Source: Blastocatellia bacterium
GTDB taxonomy: Bacteria > Acidobacteriota > Blastocatellia > UBA7656
Direction: 5' to 3'
Assembly: GCA_963765495.1 (NCBI GenBank)
Contig: CAVXWP010000016.1
Span: 1 to 64,000, forward strand
DNA length: 64,000 nucleotides
Shown here one piece after another: positions 18,319 to 28,595 of the stretch. The notes under the pieces were generated by a model that was not told the origin of the DNA, did not search any database, and saw only the letters and a list, made by a program, of their open reading frames with translations. The translations under genes were made by a program, and so were the position numbers. Position 1 is the stretch's first letter. The number at the start of each line of letters is the position of its first letter.

Positions 18319-19792
18319 TTACGATATGACGGTGATTGGCGGAGGCGCGGCAGGTCTCACGGCCTCCGGGATGGCTGCATCCTTCGGCGCGAAGACCGCT
18401 TTGATCGAAGCTAAACGATTGGGAGGCGATTGCACGTGGTCGGGCTGCGTGCCGAGCAAGACGCTGCTCAAGGCAGCGAAAGTCGCTCATTACTTTAAGT
18501 CAGGGGCAAACTATGGTCTGCAAAACCAACAACCGGAGTTCGATTTCGCCGGAGTAATAGAGCATGTTCACCGGACCCAGGAACACGTTTATCGTGACGC
18601 CGACGCCCCGGAAATCTTCGAGAACCTCGGCGTGAGAGTCATCTCTGCTCGCGCGAGATTTCTCGACAAGCATACAGTTGAGCTTACCGACGAAAGCGGC
18701 AAGACCTCACACCTGACATCGAGATATTTCATCGTTGCAACCGGCAGTTCGCCTGTTATTCCGTCAATCGAGGGAGTATCGGAGATAGGCTATTTGACTA
18801 ATGAGACGATCTTCTCCATAACCGAACTGCCAAAGCGATTGATCGTGGTGGGAGCAGGCCCTATCGGGACGGAGATGTCGCAAGCCTTTCGTCGGTTAGG
18901 ATCGGAAGTGTCCGTCATTGATGTGGTCGACAAAATCCTGCCGAAAGACGATCCTGAATTGACCCGCTTGTTGAGAGAGTATTTACAGTCGGAAGGAATC
19001 CGGTATCTCTTCGAGTCAAAAGCAGTAAAGGCCGAATCTGGCGAAGGCGCCATTAACATCACGGTAGAAAACCAGAAATCCTCCGAGCAATCTAACATAG
19101 CCGGAGATGCCTTATTGCTTTCCGTGGGTCGCAAACCGAACATTTCGGAATTGAACCTGGAATCGGCAGGTGTGACTTATGATAAGCGCGGCATAATAGT
19201 TGACGATCACTGCCGCACAAAGGCGAGAAATATCTATGCCTGCGGGGACGTGGCAGGCAGGTTTCAGTTCACCCATTTTGCAGAGCACATGGCTAAGGTG
19301 GCCGTGAGTAGCGCCTTATTGCATTTCCCAATGTCGCTTGATACGAAACACATCACCTGGTGCACCTATACGGACCCGGAACTTGCGCACGTAGGGATGA
19401 CCGAAGGTGAATTGAAACAGAAGGGTATCCGATACGAGGTTTACCGGTTCCCCTTCTCAAAGATTGATCGCGCCATAACCGAGAGTGAAACTACGGGGTG
19501 GATAAAAGTCTTTGCGAAAAAGTTGAGCGGCAAGATTTATGGCGTCAATATACTTGGTGCGAATGCGGGCGAAATGATAGGCGAATATGCTCTTGCCATG
19601 CGAAACGGGATAAGCTTGAAGCAGATAGCCGACACCATTCACCCTTATCCCACATATGTTTTAGGCAACCGCCGGGCGGCGGATCAGTGGTATGTTCGCA
19701 AGCAATCGCGCGCATTCGTTTGGGTGCTCAAAAAGCTATTCGGCTATCACGGCGCATTGCCGGATACGAGCGATCCAAATCGCATCCTATGA
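18308..19792 (+). CDS. class I pyridine nucleotide-disulfide oxidoreductase (mercuric reductase/LPD-like, not MerA)
   Basis: GGGAAG, GGDCTWSGCVPSK, GAGPIG, HPYPT; no C-terminal Cys-Cys. Confidence 0.92.
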   Translation: MKFDYDMTVIGGGAAGLTASGMAASFGAKTALIEAKRLGGDCTWSGCVPSKTLLKAAKVAHYFKSGANYGLQNQQPEFDFAGVIEHVHRTQEHVYRDADAPEIFENLGVRVISARARFLDKHTVELTDESGKTSHLTSRYFIVATGSSPVIPSIEGVSEIGYLTNETIFSITELPKRLIVVGAGPIGTEMSQAFRRLGSEVSVIDVVDKILPKDDPELTRLLREYLQSEGIRYLFESKAVKAESGEGAINITVENQKSSEQSNIAGDALLLSVGRKPNISELNLESAGVTYDKRGIIVDDHCRTKARNIYACGDVAGRFQFTHFAEHMAKVAVSSALLHFPMSLDTKHITWCTYTDPELAHVGMTEGELKQKGIRYEVYRFPFSKIDRAITESETTGWIKVFAKKLSGKIYGVNILGANAGEMIGEYALAMRNGISLKQIADTIHPYPTYVLGNRRAADQWYVRKQSRAFVWVLKKLFGYHGALPDTSDPNRIL

Positions 19793-19838
19793 AAAGTTGT
19801 GTCTAATCTCCTTTTCGGTCAAAGATCGGGAACCGACG

Positions 19839-20630
19839 CTACCGCTTTCGCAGTATCTCCTCTTCGGCCATCTCGCGGAGCCTCTCAGGGTCTAGGATAG
19901 AGATCTCCTTGCGACTTATATCTATGATGCCTTCATCGCGCAGGCTTCCAAGCGCGTTGCTCACCGTCTCGCGATAGACGCCCATCATATCAGCGATGTC
20001 CTGATGACGAATACCATTGATCGGCTGAGCGCCGTTATTTGAGAGTCTCAGCAGCAGAGACGCGACTCGCGCGGGTATTCCTTTGAAGGCGCTGTCACCC
20101 AGTCGCTCTTGCGCGTTGTGCATGCGCTGGCCTATCTCTTCCAGCATCCTCAGGGCAACCTGCGGTTTCATCATCATCAGTCTTTCCACATCCGCCCTGC
20201 CCATAACGCAAACCGTGCAGTCCTCAGCCGCTTCGGCGAACAGATCGTACATGTTCTGACCCACGATAGCCATCTCTCCAAAAAACGTCATCGGGCCGAC
20301 CGTCTGGACTATAAGCTTGCGCCCCTCTAAAGAGAGACGGTACAGATGGACGGAGCCTTTCTTTAACAGGAACAGCACCTCTCCCGTTTCTTCGGGCATA
20401 TAGATGATTTTTCCTTTAGGCGCGGTCGTCATAACCGTCGTGGCATCAATCATCTTCATCTCCTTATGCGAGAGGTCTCTGAATATCCGCATCGCTGAAA
20501 GGTAGGCTACCTTGTTAGATGTATCTGACGGTTGTGCATAGATGGCTTCCGACATTACGGGAGCGGGGCCGGTCGCCGACCTCCCACCGCCAATTAACCT
20601 TGAGATACTTGATAGAAAGCTCTTCTCCAT
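19839..20630 (-). CDS. Crp/Fnr-family regulator 2
   Basis: GGAGG RBS; FFGEM; HQDIADMMGVYRETVS. Confidence 0.93.
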   Translation of the reverse strand: MEKSFLSSISRLIGGGRSATGPAPVMSEAIYAQPSDTSNKVAYLSAMRIFRDLSHKEMKMIDATTVMTTAPKGKIIYMPEETGEVLFLLKKGSVHLYRLSLEGRKLIVQTVGPMTFFGEMAIVGQNMYDLFAEAAEDCTVCVMGRADVERLMMMKPQVALRMLEEIGQRMHNAQERLGDSAFKGIPARVASLLLRLSNNGAQPINGIRHQDIADMMGVYRETVSNALGSLRDEGIIDISRKEISILDPERLREMAEEEILRKR

Positions 20631-20823
20631 CTCTATTCCTCCTTTATCTCTAAATTTACAGCCACAGTGCTGATAAGGCAATGACCACTGTCATACAACG
20701 CTGTAATTGCCGTCCCTTCAGCATAACCCTTGACCGCCCTCCTTCACATGTAATTAAGCAAAAGGTGAACAGGAGGCATTGGTGCGAGACCTCTGCAATA
20801 TGGTTTGAGCGATCACATCTTCA

Positions 20824-21159
20824 CTAATTGGCGCAAGTGTTTTCCGATACCGCGCTTGATATCTTTGCAAACAACTGCTCACGATGCGGGTTCCCCAGGC
20901 TGATTATTCTTCCATCCAGCACATATGTCGGAACGGCAAAAACATTATCAGGTTTTATTGCACAAGGGTCATCCAGATTTATGATCTGGGTATTCATTGA
21001 AGAGAACTGCTTGGTTATTTCTGAGACCAATAACACCGCTTCATCACAGCTAAAGCACTCAGACGACACATAAACGCGCAAGCAGTGCTGCGCTGATGGG
21101 TTAGAGGAGGGTTCGGCGTTAACTGGGTTTCTAGCCATGAGTTCTAATCTTAGTAGCAT
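20824..21159 (-). CDS. small thioredoxin-fold protein
   Basis: VYVSSECFSC...VFAVPTY...GNP. Confidence 0.7.
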   Translation of the reverse strand: MLLRLELMARNPVNAEPSSNPSAQHCLRVYVSSECFSCDEAVLLVSEITKQFSSMNTQIINLDDPCAIKPDNVFAVPTYVLDGRIISLGNPHREQLFAKISSAVSENTCAN

Positions 21160-21558
21160 TCTCGATTCATCTCAGTGGCTGCAACCACATAACAGCCTTC
21201 ACGGAGGTGGGTTAGCTCTAGCCTGCCCAGGTCCATTACCCGACTGCGACTGTTTTGGGCCACGGGCCATTTATGTAACTGCAATGACTGTCTCGCGACT
21301 CGATGGTCATTAGTATAAGTGCGATGGGAACGAGCGAGCAAATCTCGAAACAGGTCGAAGGGCCGTCATAAGATTGTCCTCATGGCACGGCATTCACTAA
21401 TGAGACATGATGAGCATCTTTAACAGAATTATTCCTGGCTGCCCGAAATAGAAGCGCAACAACTCTGATCATGTTTTATACTAACTTAAGCCAGTTCAAC
21501 ATTAGGATAAGGGATGCTCAAAAGAAAGTATTCACTCTTTCCAGGTGAGGGAAAAACA

Positions 21559-22722
21559 ATGAGCAAGACGATTGATGCCGAAAAGATTGTCATGGACAGG
21601 TACACTCAGGCTGCGCGCGCGCGTCAGGATGAATTATGTTGTCCTGTTGAATATGACCCAAAATATCTGGACGTTATTCCAGATGAGATCAAGCAGCGTG
21701 ATTACGGTTGCGGCGATCCATCGGCGCACGTCCGCGAAGGCGATATCGTACTCGATTTCGGATCAGGCAGCGGGAAGATCTGCTATATAGCCGCTCAGAT
21801 TGCCGGCCCACAAGGGAGAGTGATCGGTGTTGATGCGAATGACGAAATGCTGGCGCTTGCCTCGAAATACCGGCGCGTGATCGGTGACCGCATCGGCCAT
21901 TATAATGTCGAGTTTCGCAAAGGGCGGATTCAAGACTTGCAACTCGATCTTGCTCTTGTTGATTCTTACCTGGATGAAAACCCGATTCGCTCGGCCTCCG
22001 ACCTCAATCGTTTTGAAGCTTACTCGAACAATATAAGGCAGGAATCTCCTCTGATCGCCGATGAGTCGGTTGATCTGATACTGTCGAATTGCGTCTTGAA
22101 CCTTGTTCGCGCGGAGGACAAAGAGCGTCTATTTGCCGAGATGTTTCGAGTGCTGCGGCGAGGCGGGCGAGCAGCCATAAGCGATATTGTATGTGATGAA
22201 GACGTTCCTGAAGAATTGAAACGCGACCCTGAGTTATGGTCAGGCTGCATATCGGGAGCATTTCGAGAGGATGCATTCCTTGAGGCATTTGACCGCGCAG
22301 GCTTCTATGGTATGCAGATAGTGAAACGTGATGAAAAGCCCTGGCGCACAATCCAGGGGATCGAATTTCGTTCTGTCACAGTGGTTGCTCATAAAGGCAA
22401 GCAGGGACCTTGCTGGGAGCGCAAGCAGGCTGTCATTTATCGTGGCCCGTGGCGAAAAGTCATAGATGACGATGGGCATGTGCTTGAGCGCGGCAAAAGG
22501 ATTGCGGTATGCGACAAGACTTTTCAGATATACACCCGCGCGCCTTACGCTGGCGAAATCATAGCCGTGGAGCCGCTTGAGCGAATCTCGCTCGAAGAAG
22601 CGGAGGCATTCGATTGCAAGCGCTCTACCCTGCGACATCCGCGTGAGTCCAAAGGGATGGACTACGATTTGACCGATCTTTCAGGGGGCGAATGCTGTGA
22701 TCCTGATGGCAATTGCTGCTGA
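21559..22722 (+). CDS. arsM: arsenite S-adenosylmethionine methyltransferase-like protein
   Basis: LCCP, YGCG, LDFGSGSG, SNCVLNL, WSGCISGA, C-terminal extension and terminal CC..CC. Confidence 0.75.
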   Translation: MSKTIDAEKIVMDRYTQAARARQDELCCPVEYDPKYLDVIPDEIKQRDYGCGDPSAHVREGDIVLDFGSGSGKICYIAAQIAGPQGRVIGVDANDEMLALASKYRRVIGDRIGHYNVEFRKGRIQDLQLDLALVDSYLDENPIRSASDLNRFEAYSNNIRQESPLIADESVDLILSNCVLNLVRAEDKERLFAEMFRVLRRGGRAAISDIVCDEDVPEELKRDPELWSGCISGAFREDAFLEAFDRAGFYGMQIVKRDEKPWRTIQGIEFRSVTVVAHKGKQGPCWERKQAVIYRGPWRKVIDDDGHVLERGKRIAVCDKTFQIYTRAPYAGEIIAVEPLERISLEEAEAFDCKRSTLRHPRESKGMDYDLTDLSGGECCDPDGNCC

Positions 22723-22842
22723 AATGCAGAGCAGACGCTCGCGGATCAAACATGGAGCAAATTGCCGTGACTATTCGCATTGTGCCTCATCAATCCGTCA
22801 AGTCGTGGCTTTCTTACTGGTCCAACCCATTCGTAATCCGCC

Positions 22843-24639
22843 CTAAGGAACAATCCACTCGCTAACCGGCTCGATCCCGCCTTTGGCCGTATTTGAGAGT
22901 TTGACTATGTAGGCCCCTTTCGAGGCGAACCTTTGACCGACGCCGAGGCTCAGAAAGGGAAAAATACCGGGATTGGGCACTTCCTCCGCTTTATGCTCGA
23001 CGCTTTCAATCAGATAATTCTGAGAGAAGTTTTCAAGAAGCCTGGTCAACGCATGGTCCGCAACCGACAGCGCGAAATAGGTATTGATTTGCAGCCGCTC
23101 ATCGGTTTGCTTGACGTTTCTCGATTTCAACCACCCTCTTATCCGATACAACTGTGGTATTTCATCTTGTGGCAAGGTGAAAGGATAGGTGAAATACATT
23201 TTGCTCCGAAGCGGATCGGTGATCGCTGACAACGGTCCTCTAAACAGGTTGTATGAGAGACAAATCTGCTGCACCTCGTCGCCCACATCTTGCAAGGAAG
23301 TGAGCGATTGCAAGTCTTCCTGAGGGAGCCACAGGATCAGCATCGATGGCCGTTTGGCGCTCACAAGATCCCTCCAGTAATCCGGCGTGAGGCGCTCAGG
23401 AGATTCGACTACCTCATCCTGCAAACCAGTCATGCCAAAATCCTCAAAGGCTTTACGCAAGGCTTGAGCTGGCACCTGGCCGCTCGGTTGGCGACGAAAG
23501 ACTTGCACTATCGGTCGGTCATCCTTCGCGGCGGGCCTATCGTGCAGATAATGCGCAAGGACTTCGGCTTCGGTGGTCAGTCCTTTCGAGTAATAAATGG
23601 TATATGTCCCTGTCGGGGAAATTACAGGCAGATCGGTGTTAGGGAAAAAGCAGGGCAGGTGTGATGATTCACAAAAATCGTGTATGGGGCGCCAGTCGCC
23701 GACGCCTATGCCGCTCAGTAACGCGAAGACCGGCTGATCCTGGTAGTACGCCTTGAGTTGATCATTCCAGGTTTCCGGTGAACCTTTGAGTTCCCAGACA
23801 TGCAGCGTCCACTCACGATAACTCGGCACGTAACTGTCTTTGAACATGAAGGAATAACCGGGGCGGCTCAAAACATGTCGGGTATTCTCATTCTTCCAGC
23901 CGACAAATGCTTGCACCACGTCAAGCATGGCCTGACGCCTTTCCATCGGCACGCCTTCGGTGACAATGGTGGCGAAATGAATTTGGGTCTTCTCCACTCC
24001 CGGAGGCGGGAGCGAAGACAGGGTTTTCAGATAGGCGATGAGATGCCCCATCTCCTTATCACTTAAAGTATAGCGCGGCATGAGAGGATCGAACTCGCGC
24101 CCGGAAGGATCTTTGCCTTCGCGCAACGCCCTTGCCAGGCTCTCGTCCGTATATGCAGGCCGATTGCGCGGAGACTTCAACAATAGTGAAGAGAGCGGCA
24201 GTCGATTCGCACTGGCTCGGGTTTCACTGAGATTCTTGATCAAATCAGCGCGATGCGGCTTGTAGGGTTGAAATAGGGAAGGGCCGGTCACAGGCGGTAA
24301 AAAGCGGCCTCCTTCGTCCGCACCATACCCGCTAAGACGATGGCAGGATGCGCAATTGAGCTGGCTTCCTTCCAGGAGCACATCGCCTTGCACGACGGCA
24401 CGAATCGACTCTCCGGATGACAGAATACCTTCACGATAAATCCGTTCCCCTATTTCGATGTCTGAGACCGCCCCGGGTCGTGAGTGAGAGGACTGGCCTC
24501 GCACGATACCGGTAGCTAATGCAAGAACAGAGATCAGCGTAATACCGCCTGCTCTTAAAGCCGTGCGATAGTGGGAGCTCAAAGACGTGTGTCGAGTGAT
24601 TTTCATAGAGCGATGCCTCCTCTCATTTGCCACAATCAC
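22843..24639 (-). CDS. cytochrome c domain fused to a type 1 periplasmic-binding-like domain
   Basis: Signal peptide, CASCH, LMPRY, then PVFALLSG...PCFFP and RFASKGAYI. Confidence 0.8.
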   Translation of the reverse strand: MIVANERRHRSMKITRHTSLSSHYRTALRAGGITLISVLALATGIVRGQSSHSRPGAVSDIEIGERIYREGILSSGESIRAVVQGDVLLEGSQLNCASCHRLSGYGADEGGRFLPPVTGPSLFQPYKPHRADLIKNLSETRASANRLPLSSLLLKSPRNRPAYTDESLARALREGKDPSGREFDPLMPRYTLSDKEMGHLIAYLKTLSSLPPPGVEKTQIHFATIVTEGVPMERRQAMLDVVQAFVGWKNENTRHVLSRPGYSFMFKDSYVPSYREWTLHVWELKGSPETWNDQLKAYYQDQPVFALLSGIGVGDWRPIHDFCESSHLPCFFPNTDLPVISPTGTYTIYYSKGLTTEAEVLAHYLHDRPAAKDDRPIVQVFRRQPSGQVPAQALRKAFEDFGMTGLQDEVVESPERLTPDYWRDLVSAKRPSMLILWLPQEDLQSLTSLQDVGDEVQQICLSYNLFRGPLSAITDPLRSKMYFTYPFTLPQDEIPQLYRIRGWLKSRNVKQTDERLQINTYFALSVADHALTRLLENFSQNYLIESVEHKAEEVPNPGIFPFLSLGVGQRFASKGAYIVKLSNTAKGGIEPVSEWIVP

Positions 24640-25340
24640 GGGTTGATGATCTGGCGGTATTCAGATGCAAGGTCTTCGGCGCTCATCAGGCCATCGAGAC
24701 GCACCCAGGCGTCTTGTGGTGAAGCACGAAGATAGGTTAGCGGCTCGTGCGCCATCTTGGTGTCGCGAAAGGCATCCAATGCCCGTTGGAGGGCATGAAT
24801 ATCCTCGCGCCTGCCGGTCAGGAAATGCCACTGCGCGCCGGCCTTGAATTTTTGCGCGTACTCTTTCAGTCGCGCCGGCGTATCGTATTCCGGGTCAATC
24901 GAAATCGACACCATTCGCAGCTTGTCCAGATCATCCTTGAGTTTGCCCTGAGCCGCCGAGAAGATGCCGCTAAGGGCCGGGCAGATCGTCGGGCAGGTGG
25001 TAAAGATGAATTGCACAAGTATGGGGCCGCCGTAGTTTAATTCGGAATCCAGCGTCACTTTGTCGTTGTTCATATCGACCAGAGTGATTTCTGGAAGTTC
25101 ATACTTTCGGACGGTGCGGAAGTAGCGCTTCCGCGTCGCCTGTTGCTGCATATGCTGCATGTGGGCTTGGTGGTCATGTTGTAGGCCGATCGGTTGAGCG
25201 TAGATCGCAGCCTCTTTGCTCATTGGCAGGGCCACTACCATTGCTATGATGGATGCAAATATAAACAGTCTTAGCCCAATTCCCGCAAGCCATGATGAAG
25301 ATTTTGTCATGATGATTCTCCCGGTATTTCTCTGACCCAT
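24636..25340 (-). CDS. SCO1/SenC copper chaperone
   Basis: FTTCPTICP, SIDPEYDTP, WHFLTG, conserved His and His/Met-rich N-region. Confidence 0.92.
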   Translation of the reverse strand: MGQRNTGRIIMTKSSSWLAGIGLRLFIFASIIAMVVALPMSKEAAIYAQPIGLQHDHQAHMQHMQQQATRKRYFRTVRKYELPEITLVDMNNDKVTLDSELNYGGPILVQFIFTTCPTICPALSGIFSAAQGKLKDDLDKLRMVSISIDPEYDTPARLKEYAQKFKAGAQWHFLTGRREDIHALQRALDAFRDTKMAHEPLTYLRASPQDAWVRLDGLMSAEDLASEYRQIINP

Positions 25341-25691
25341 TTAATGGTGCCGGGCGCTACTCGCGCCGGAACGGTTAAGGATGCAGCCTGCCAGTCTTCT
25401 CGCCAATGTCAACTCAATCTAGCCATGAAAGTGATAAGCCTTACTGTGATACGTATAGCCGCTCACCCTTTTGCGACTTTAATACCATACTTCATCCAGA
25501 GCATTGAGGTTATGAAACCTACTGTGCGTGCCGCAAAAAGCAACACCACCGGAGAAGATTTTCAAATACACTCGGGATGATTTGCGCAAGGTTACCCGAT
25601 TCCCCGCGCAAAAATCCGCACCTTTGAATGATTATCCACAGTAATACATATATCCAACAGGCGAATTGTGCGAACCCTTACATCACTCGAT

Positions 25692-25708
25692 CCGGCACGG
25701 GTGTTGCA
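25692..25708 (+). promoter_or_regulatory. putative sigma54 (-24/-12) promoter for the MCO operon
   Basis: CCGGCACGGGTGTTGCA, with GG at 25694-5 and GC at 25706-7 (canonical spacing). Confidence 0.55.
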
Positions 25709-25880
25709 CACCCGAAGTATGCGATCGAGGAAAAGAACGGAACCAGAGCCCTGGCACAAAGGCTAGCGATAAAGATTGCATTCGACCCACCAAGACTCTT
25801 TTGAGGTACTGAATCATACGGGCCTCCCTTTGTAGCCAATTACTTAGCTTGAGGCCATAGAGCCTATCTTATGGGAGTTT

Positions 25881-25914
25881 ATTTGTCTGTAGTTGCAACC
25901 ACAGACAAATTTTT
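25881..25914 (+). terminator. intrinsic terminator inside the long MCO leader
   Basis: ATTTGTCTGT-agttgcaacc-ACAGACAAAT followed by TTTT. Confidence 0.5.
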
Positions 25915-26122
25915 CGCCTTGATATAGTCTCGATCGCGTTCTTTCACGGCCCTGAGCATAATCGAACAATTGGGTATAGGGACTAAGCCAGAGGGCAGAT
26001 AGCGGTGCTCATGGTGATAGTGACTACTATCGATATTCAAACGCTGGGAAAAGCTTTTTTCGGAAGACCAGGAGCAGGGAAGCCGAGATTAGCCTTTTCT
26101 CGGACCAATGGAGAAAGAAACT

Positions 26123-27754
26123 ATGCCTAATAGACGAGACATTATCAAGCTAGGACTCCTGACGGGGGGAGCGGCTGTCGTGAGCCCGAGTGGTGCGTTA
26201 GCGCAACTCTGCGGTCCAGATGGGACTCCTCCCTACCCACCGAGTCCCCCGACTCAACCCTTCTTGACTCCGCTTTTTATCATGCCGATAGCGCAGCCGG
26301 TGAATCCACGATCGCTCAATCCGGCCCCTGATCCTTCAAGGCATCAGCGTTGGGATGATTTCCCTCCACAAAAATATTACGTCGCGCACGAAACGGCGTT
26401 TATGTGGAGCTATCACCCGGAAATGCCCCCGACGCCGCATTGGGGCTTCGATGGAATCACGCCCGGGCCGACATTCCATGCGCGCTACGGCGAGCCAGTC
26501 TTCCTGCGCCGCTATAACGATCTGCCGCCAAGTCAGGTTGGCTTCGGTTTGAATTCGACGACCATCCACCTGCACAACGCGCACACGGCATCGGAAAGCG
26601 ACGGCAATCCTCTGGATTGGAAAGATTCGGGCCATTTCTGGGATCATCATTACGCAAACGTCCGTGCCGGTTACGATCGCTACGGCGGCAACGGCGATCC
26701 TCTGGAGACGATGACGACGCTCTGGTATCACGATCATCGCATGGAATTTACCGCCGCCAATGTCTATGCCGGATTGACGGGATTTTACCTGCTCTTCGAC
26801 GAGCGCGACACTGGCAACGAGAATGATACGAGCCCGGATGCCTATAGATTGCCGAGCGGCAAATACGATGTGCCGTTAATCCTACACGACGTTCAATTCC
26901 TGCAGAATGGCCAGGTCTTCTTTGATCCCTTCAACACGGACGGCTTTCTCGGAGACAAGTTTACCGTCAATCGTAAGATTCAACCCTTCTTCCAGGTCGA
27001 GGCCCGCAAGTACCGCTTCCGCATCCTGAACGGCGGTCCGTCGCGCTTCTACAGTCTCTTCCTGAGCAACAACGACAAATTTATCCAGTTGTCGAACGAC
27101 GGCAACCTGCTGCCTGAGCCGATTGCGGTTGACCGCCTGGATCTATCCGTGGCGCAGCGCATGGATGTGGTGATCGATTTTTCCAAGTACGCGCCGGGAA
27201 CGCAGCTTTATCTGGTCAATCGCCTTGAGCAGGTCAACGGCAAAGGACCGACCGGAAAGCTAATCGATCCGGGCGACCAGATCATGCGCTTCGACGTCGT
27301 CCGGCGAACAGGGCTGGATCGAAGCCGCATTCCAGACAAGTTCCGTGAGTTGCCGGCGGTTGATTTGAGCGAGGTGGTTCAGGAGCGCTTCTGGCGTTTC
27401 GACTACGACGGCGGTTTGTGGACGGTCAACGGCAAGCCGTTTGAAATGGACCGCATTGATGCCGAGATCAGACGCGGCACGGCCGAGGTCTGGACGATCA
27501 GAAATGAAGGCACGAGCTGGTCACACCCTGTGCATATTCACTTCGAAGAGTTCCAGATTCTGGAGTTCAACGGCAAGACGATTGCTCCAGGCACCTCGGA
27601 TTACTCCAGGAAAGACGTGCTGACGCTTGGGCCGAACGACGAAGTGAAACTCTTCTTTCGGTTCAGAGACTTCCTGGGTCGTTACGTGATGCACTGCCAT
27701 AACGTCGTCCACGAAGATCACGCCATGATGATCCAGTGGGTGATTGTGCCCTGA
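26123..27754 (+). CDS. Tat-exported multicopper oxidase (bilirubin oxidase/CotA-like)
   Basis: RRDIIK signal; IHLH, WYHDH, HPVHIH and HCHNVVHEDHAMM. Confidence 0.95.
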   Translation: MPNRRDIIKLGLLTGGAAVVSPSGALAQLCGPDGTPPYPPSPPTQPFLTPLFIMPIAQPVNPRSLNPAPDPSRHQRWDDFPPQKYYVAHETAFMWSYHPEMPPTPHWGFDGITPGPTFHARYGEPVFLRRYNDLPPSQVGFGLNSTTIHLHNAHTASESDGNPLDWKDSGHFWDHHYANVRAGYDRYGGNGDPLETMTTLWYHDHRMEFTAANVYAGLTGFYLLFDERDTGNENDTSPDAYRLPSGKYDVPLILHDVQFLQNGQVFFDPFNTDGFLGDKFTVNRKIQPFFQVEARKYRFRILNGGPSRFYSLFLSNNDKFIQLSNDGNLLPEPIAVDRLDLSVAQRMDVVIDFSKYAPGTQLYLVNRLEQVNGKGPTGKLIDPGDQIMRFDVVRRTGLDRSRIPDKFRELPAVDLSEVVQERFWRFDYDGGLWTVNGKPFEMDRIDAEIRRGTAEVWTIRNEGTSWSHPVHIHFEEFQILEFNGKTIAPGTSDYSRKDVLTLGPNDEVKLFFRFRDFLGRYVMHCHNVVHEDHAMMIQWVIVP

Positions 27755-27773
27755 GGAAAGGAGAGTAAGAGCG

Positions 27774-28463
27774 ATGAAAAACAGAAGAGATGTACTTGCG
27801 ACCCTGGCGAAGGGCGCACTGGCGGTTCCCGGCCTTGCACTGATCAATCGGATGTCGGCCAGCGCCGATTCACCCAGTAAATACTGTGTACCCTGTGCGA
27901 AGCCCTATAGCGGAATGAGCGCCCTTTATTTCCCGAATGTAGTTGTGCGCACACACGAAAACGAGAAGGCGCTCTTCTACAAGGACCTCGTCAAGGGAAA
28001 GATACTGATGATCAACTTTATGTCCGTGAGTGGTGATTCGATCTATCCCGTGACCGAGAACCTGGCAAAGGTACAACGCCTCCTCGGGGACCATTCGGGC
28101 CGCGATGTCTTTATGCTATCAATCACGACCAATCCGGAGCATGACACACCGGCAGTCCTCAAAGAGTTTGCAACGAAATACGGCGTTCGGCCAGGCTGGC
28201 ATTTCCTGACCGGCAAGCCTGCCGATATTCGCACAATCAAAGAGTCGATATTTGCCCACCGCAGCCATTCGAACCAGGGTGGCCATGCAGATCATCACGG
28301 CAGTTCGGGAGTGATCGAAGATTGCTCTGTTGGACTGGTGCGGTATGGCAACGAAGCGCTGCAAACCTGGGCATCTTGCCCGGCCAAGGGAAAGCCTGAA
28401 AACATCGTCAAGCGACTGGCCTGGGTCGGGATGCCAGCAGAGGTGGCAAGCCGGAAGTCCTAA
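27774..28463 (+). CDS. SCO-like protein lacking CxxxC
   Basis: RRDVL Tat-like signal, SITTNPEHDTP, WHFLTG; FMSVSGDSIYP replaces FTxCxxxCP. Confidence 0.85.
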   Translation: MKNRRDVLATLAKGALAVPGLALINRMSASADSPSKYCVPCAKPYSGMSALYFPNVVVRTHENEKALFYKDLVKGKILMINFMSVSGDSIYPVTENLAKVQRLLGDHSGRDVFMLSITTNPEHDTPAVLKEFATKYGVRPGWHFLTGKPADIRTIKESIFAHRSHSNQGGHADHHGSSGVIEDCSVGLVRYGNEALQTWASCPAKGKPENIVKRLAWVGMPAEVASRKS

Positions 28464-28595
28464 GACCTTGCAGGTCTTCATGGCCATCGTAGCGGGCGAG
28501 CGCGTAGCGTCTTGCCGCCGTGAGGCCGGAATCGAGATTAACCATTGAACCGATCCCGGGGCGATTGCGCCATACGGGTATAGAGGAGTTGTCTT

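Noticed and set aside
18308-19792. merA mercury resistance
   Set aside because: Lacks the C-terminal Cys-Cys and NmerA domain; no merR, merT or merP.
21383-21398. sigma54 promoter before the arsM-like gene
   Set aside because: TGGCACG is present, but the -12 element reads TCAC and lacks the conserved GC.
22720-22780. Selenocysteine read-through at the TGA after GNCC
   Set aside because: No convincing SECIS hairpin, and a terminal CC is a normal end for such proteins.
25950-26012. c-di-GMP-I or yybP-ykoY riboswitch in the MCO leader
   Set aside because: GAGCA/TGCTC pairing exists, but the conserved aptamer nucleotides are not recognisable.
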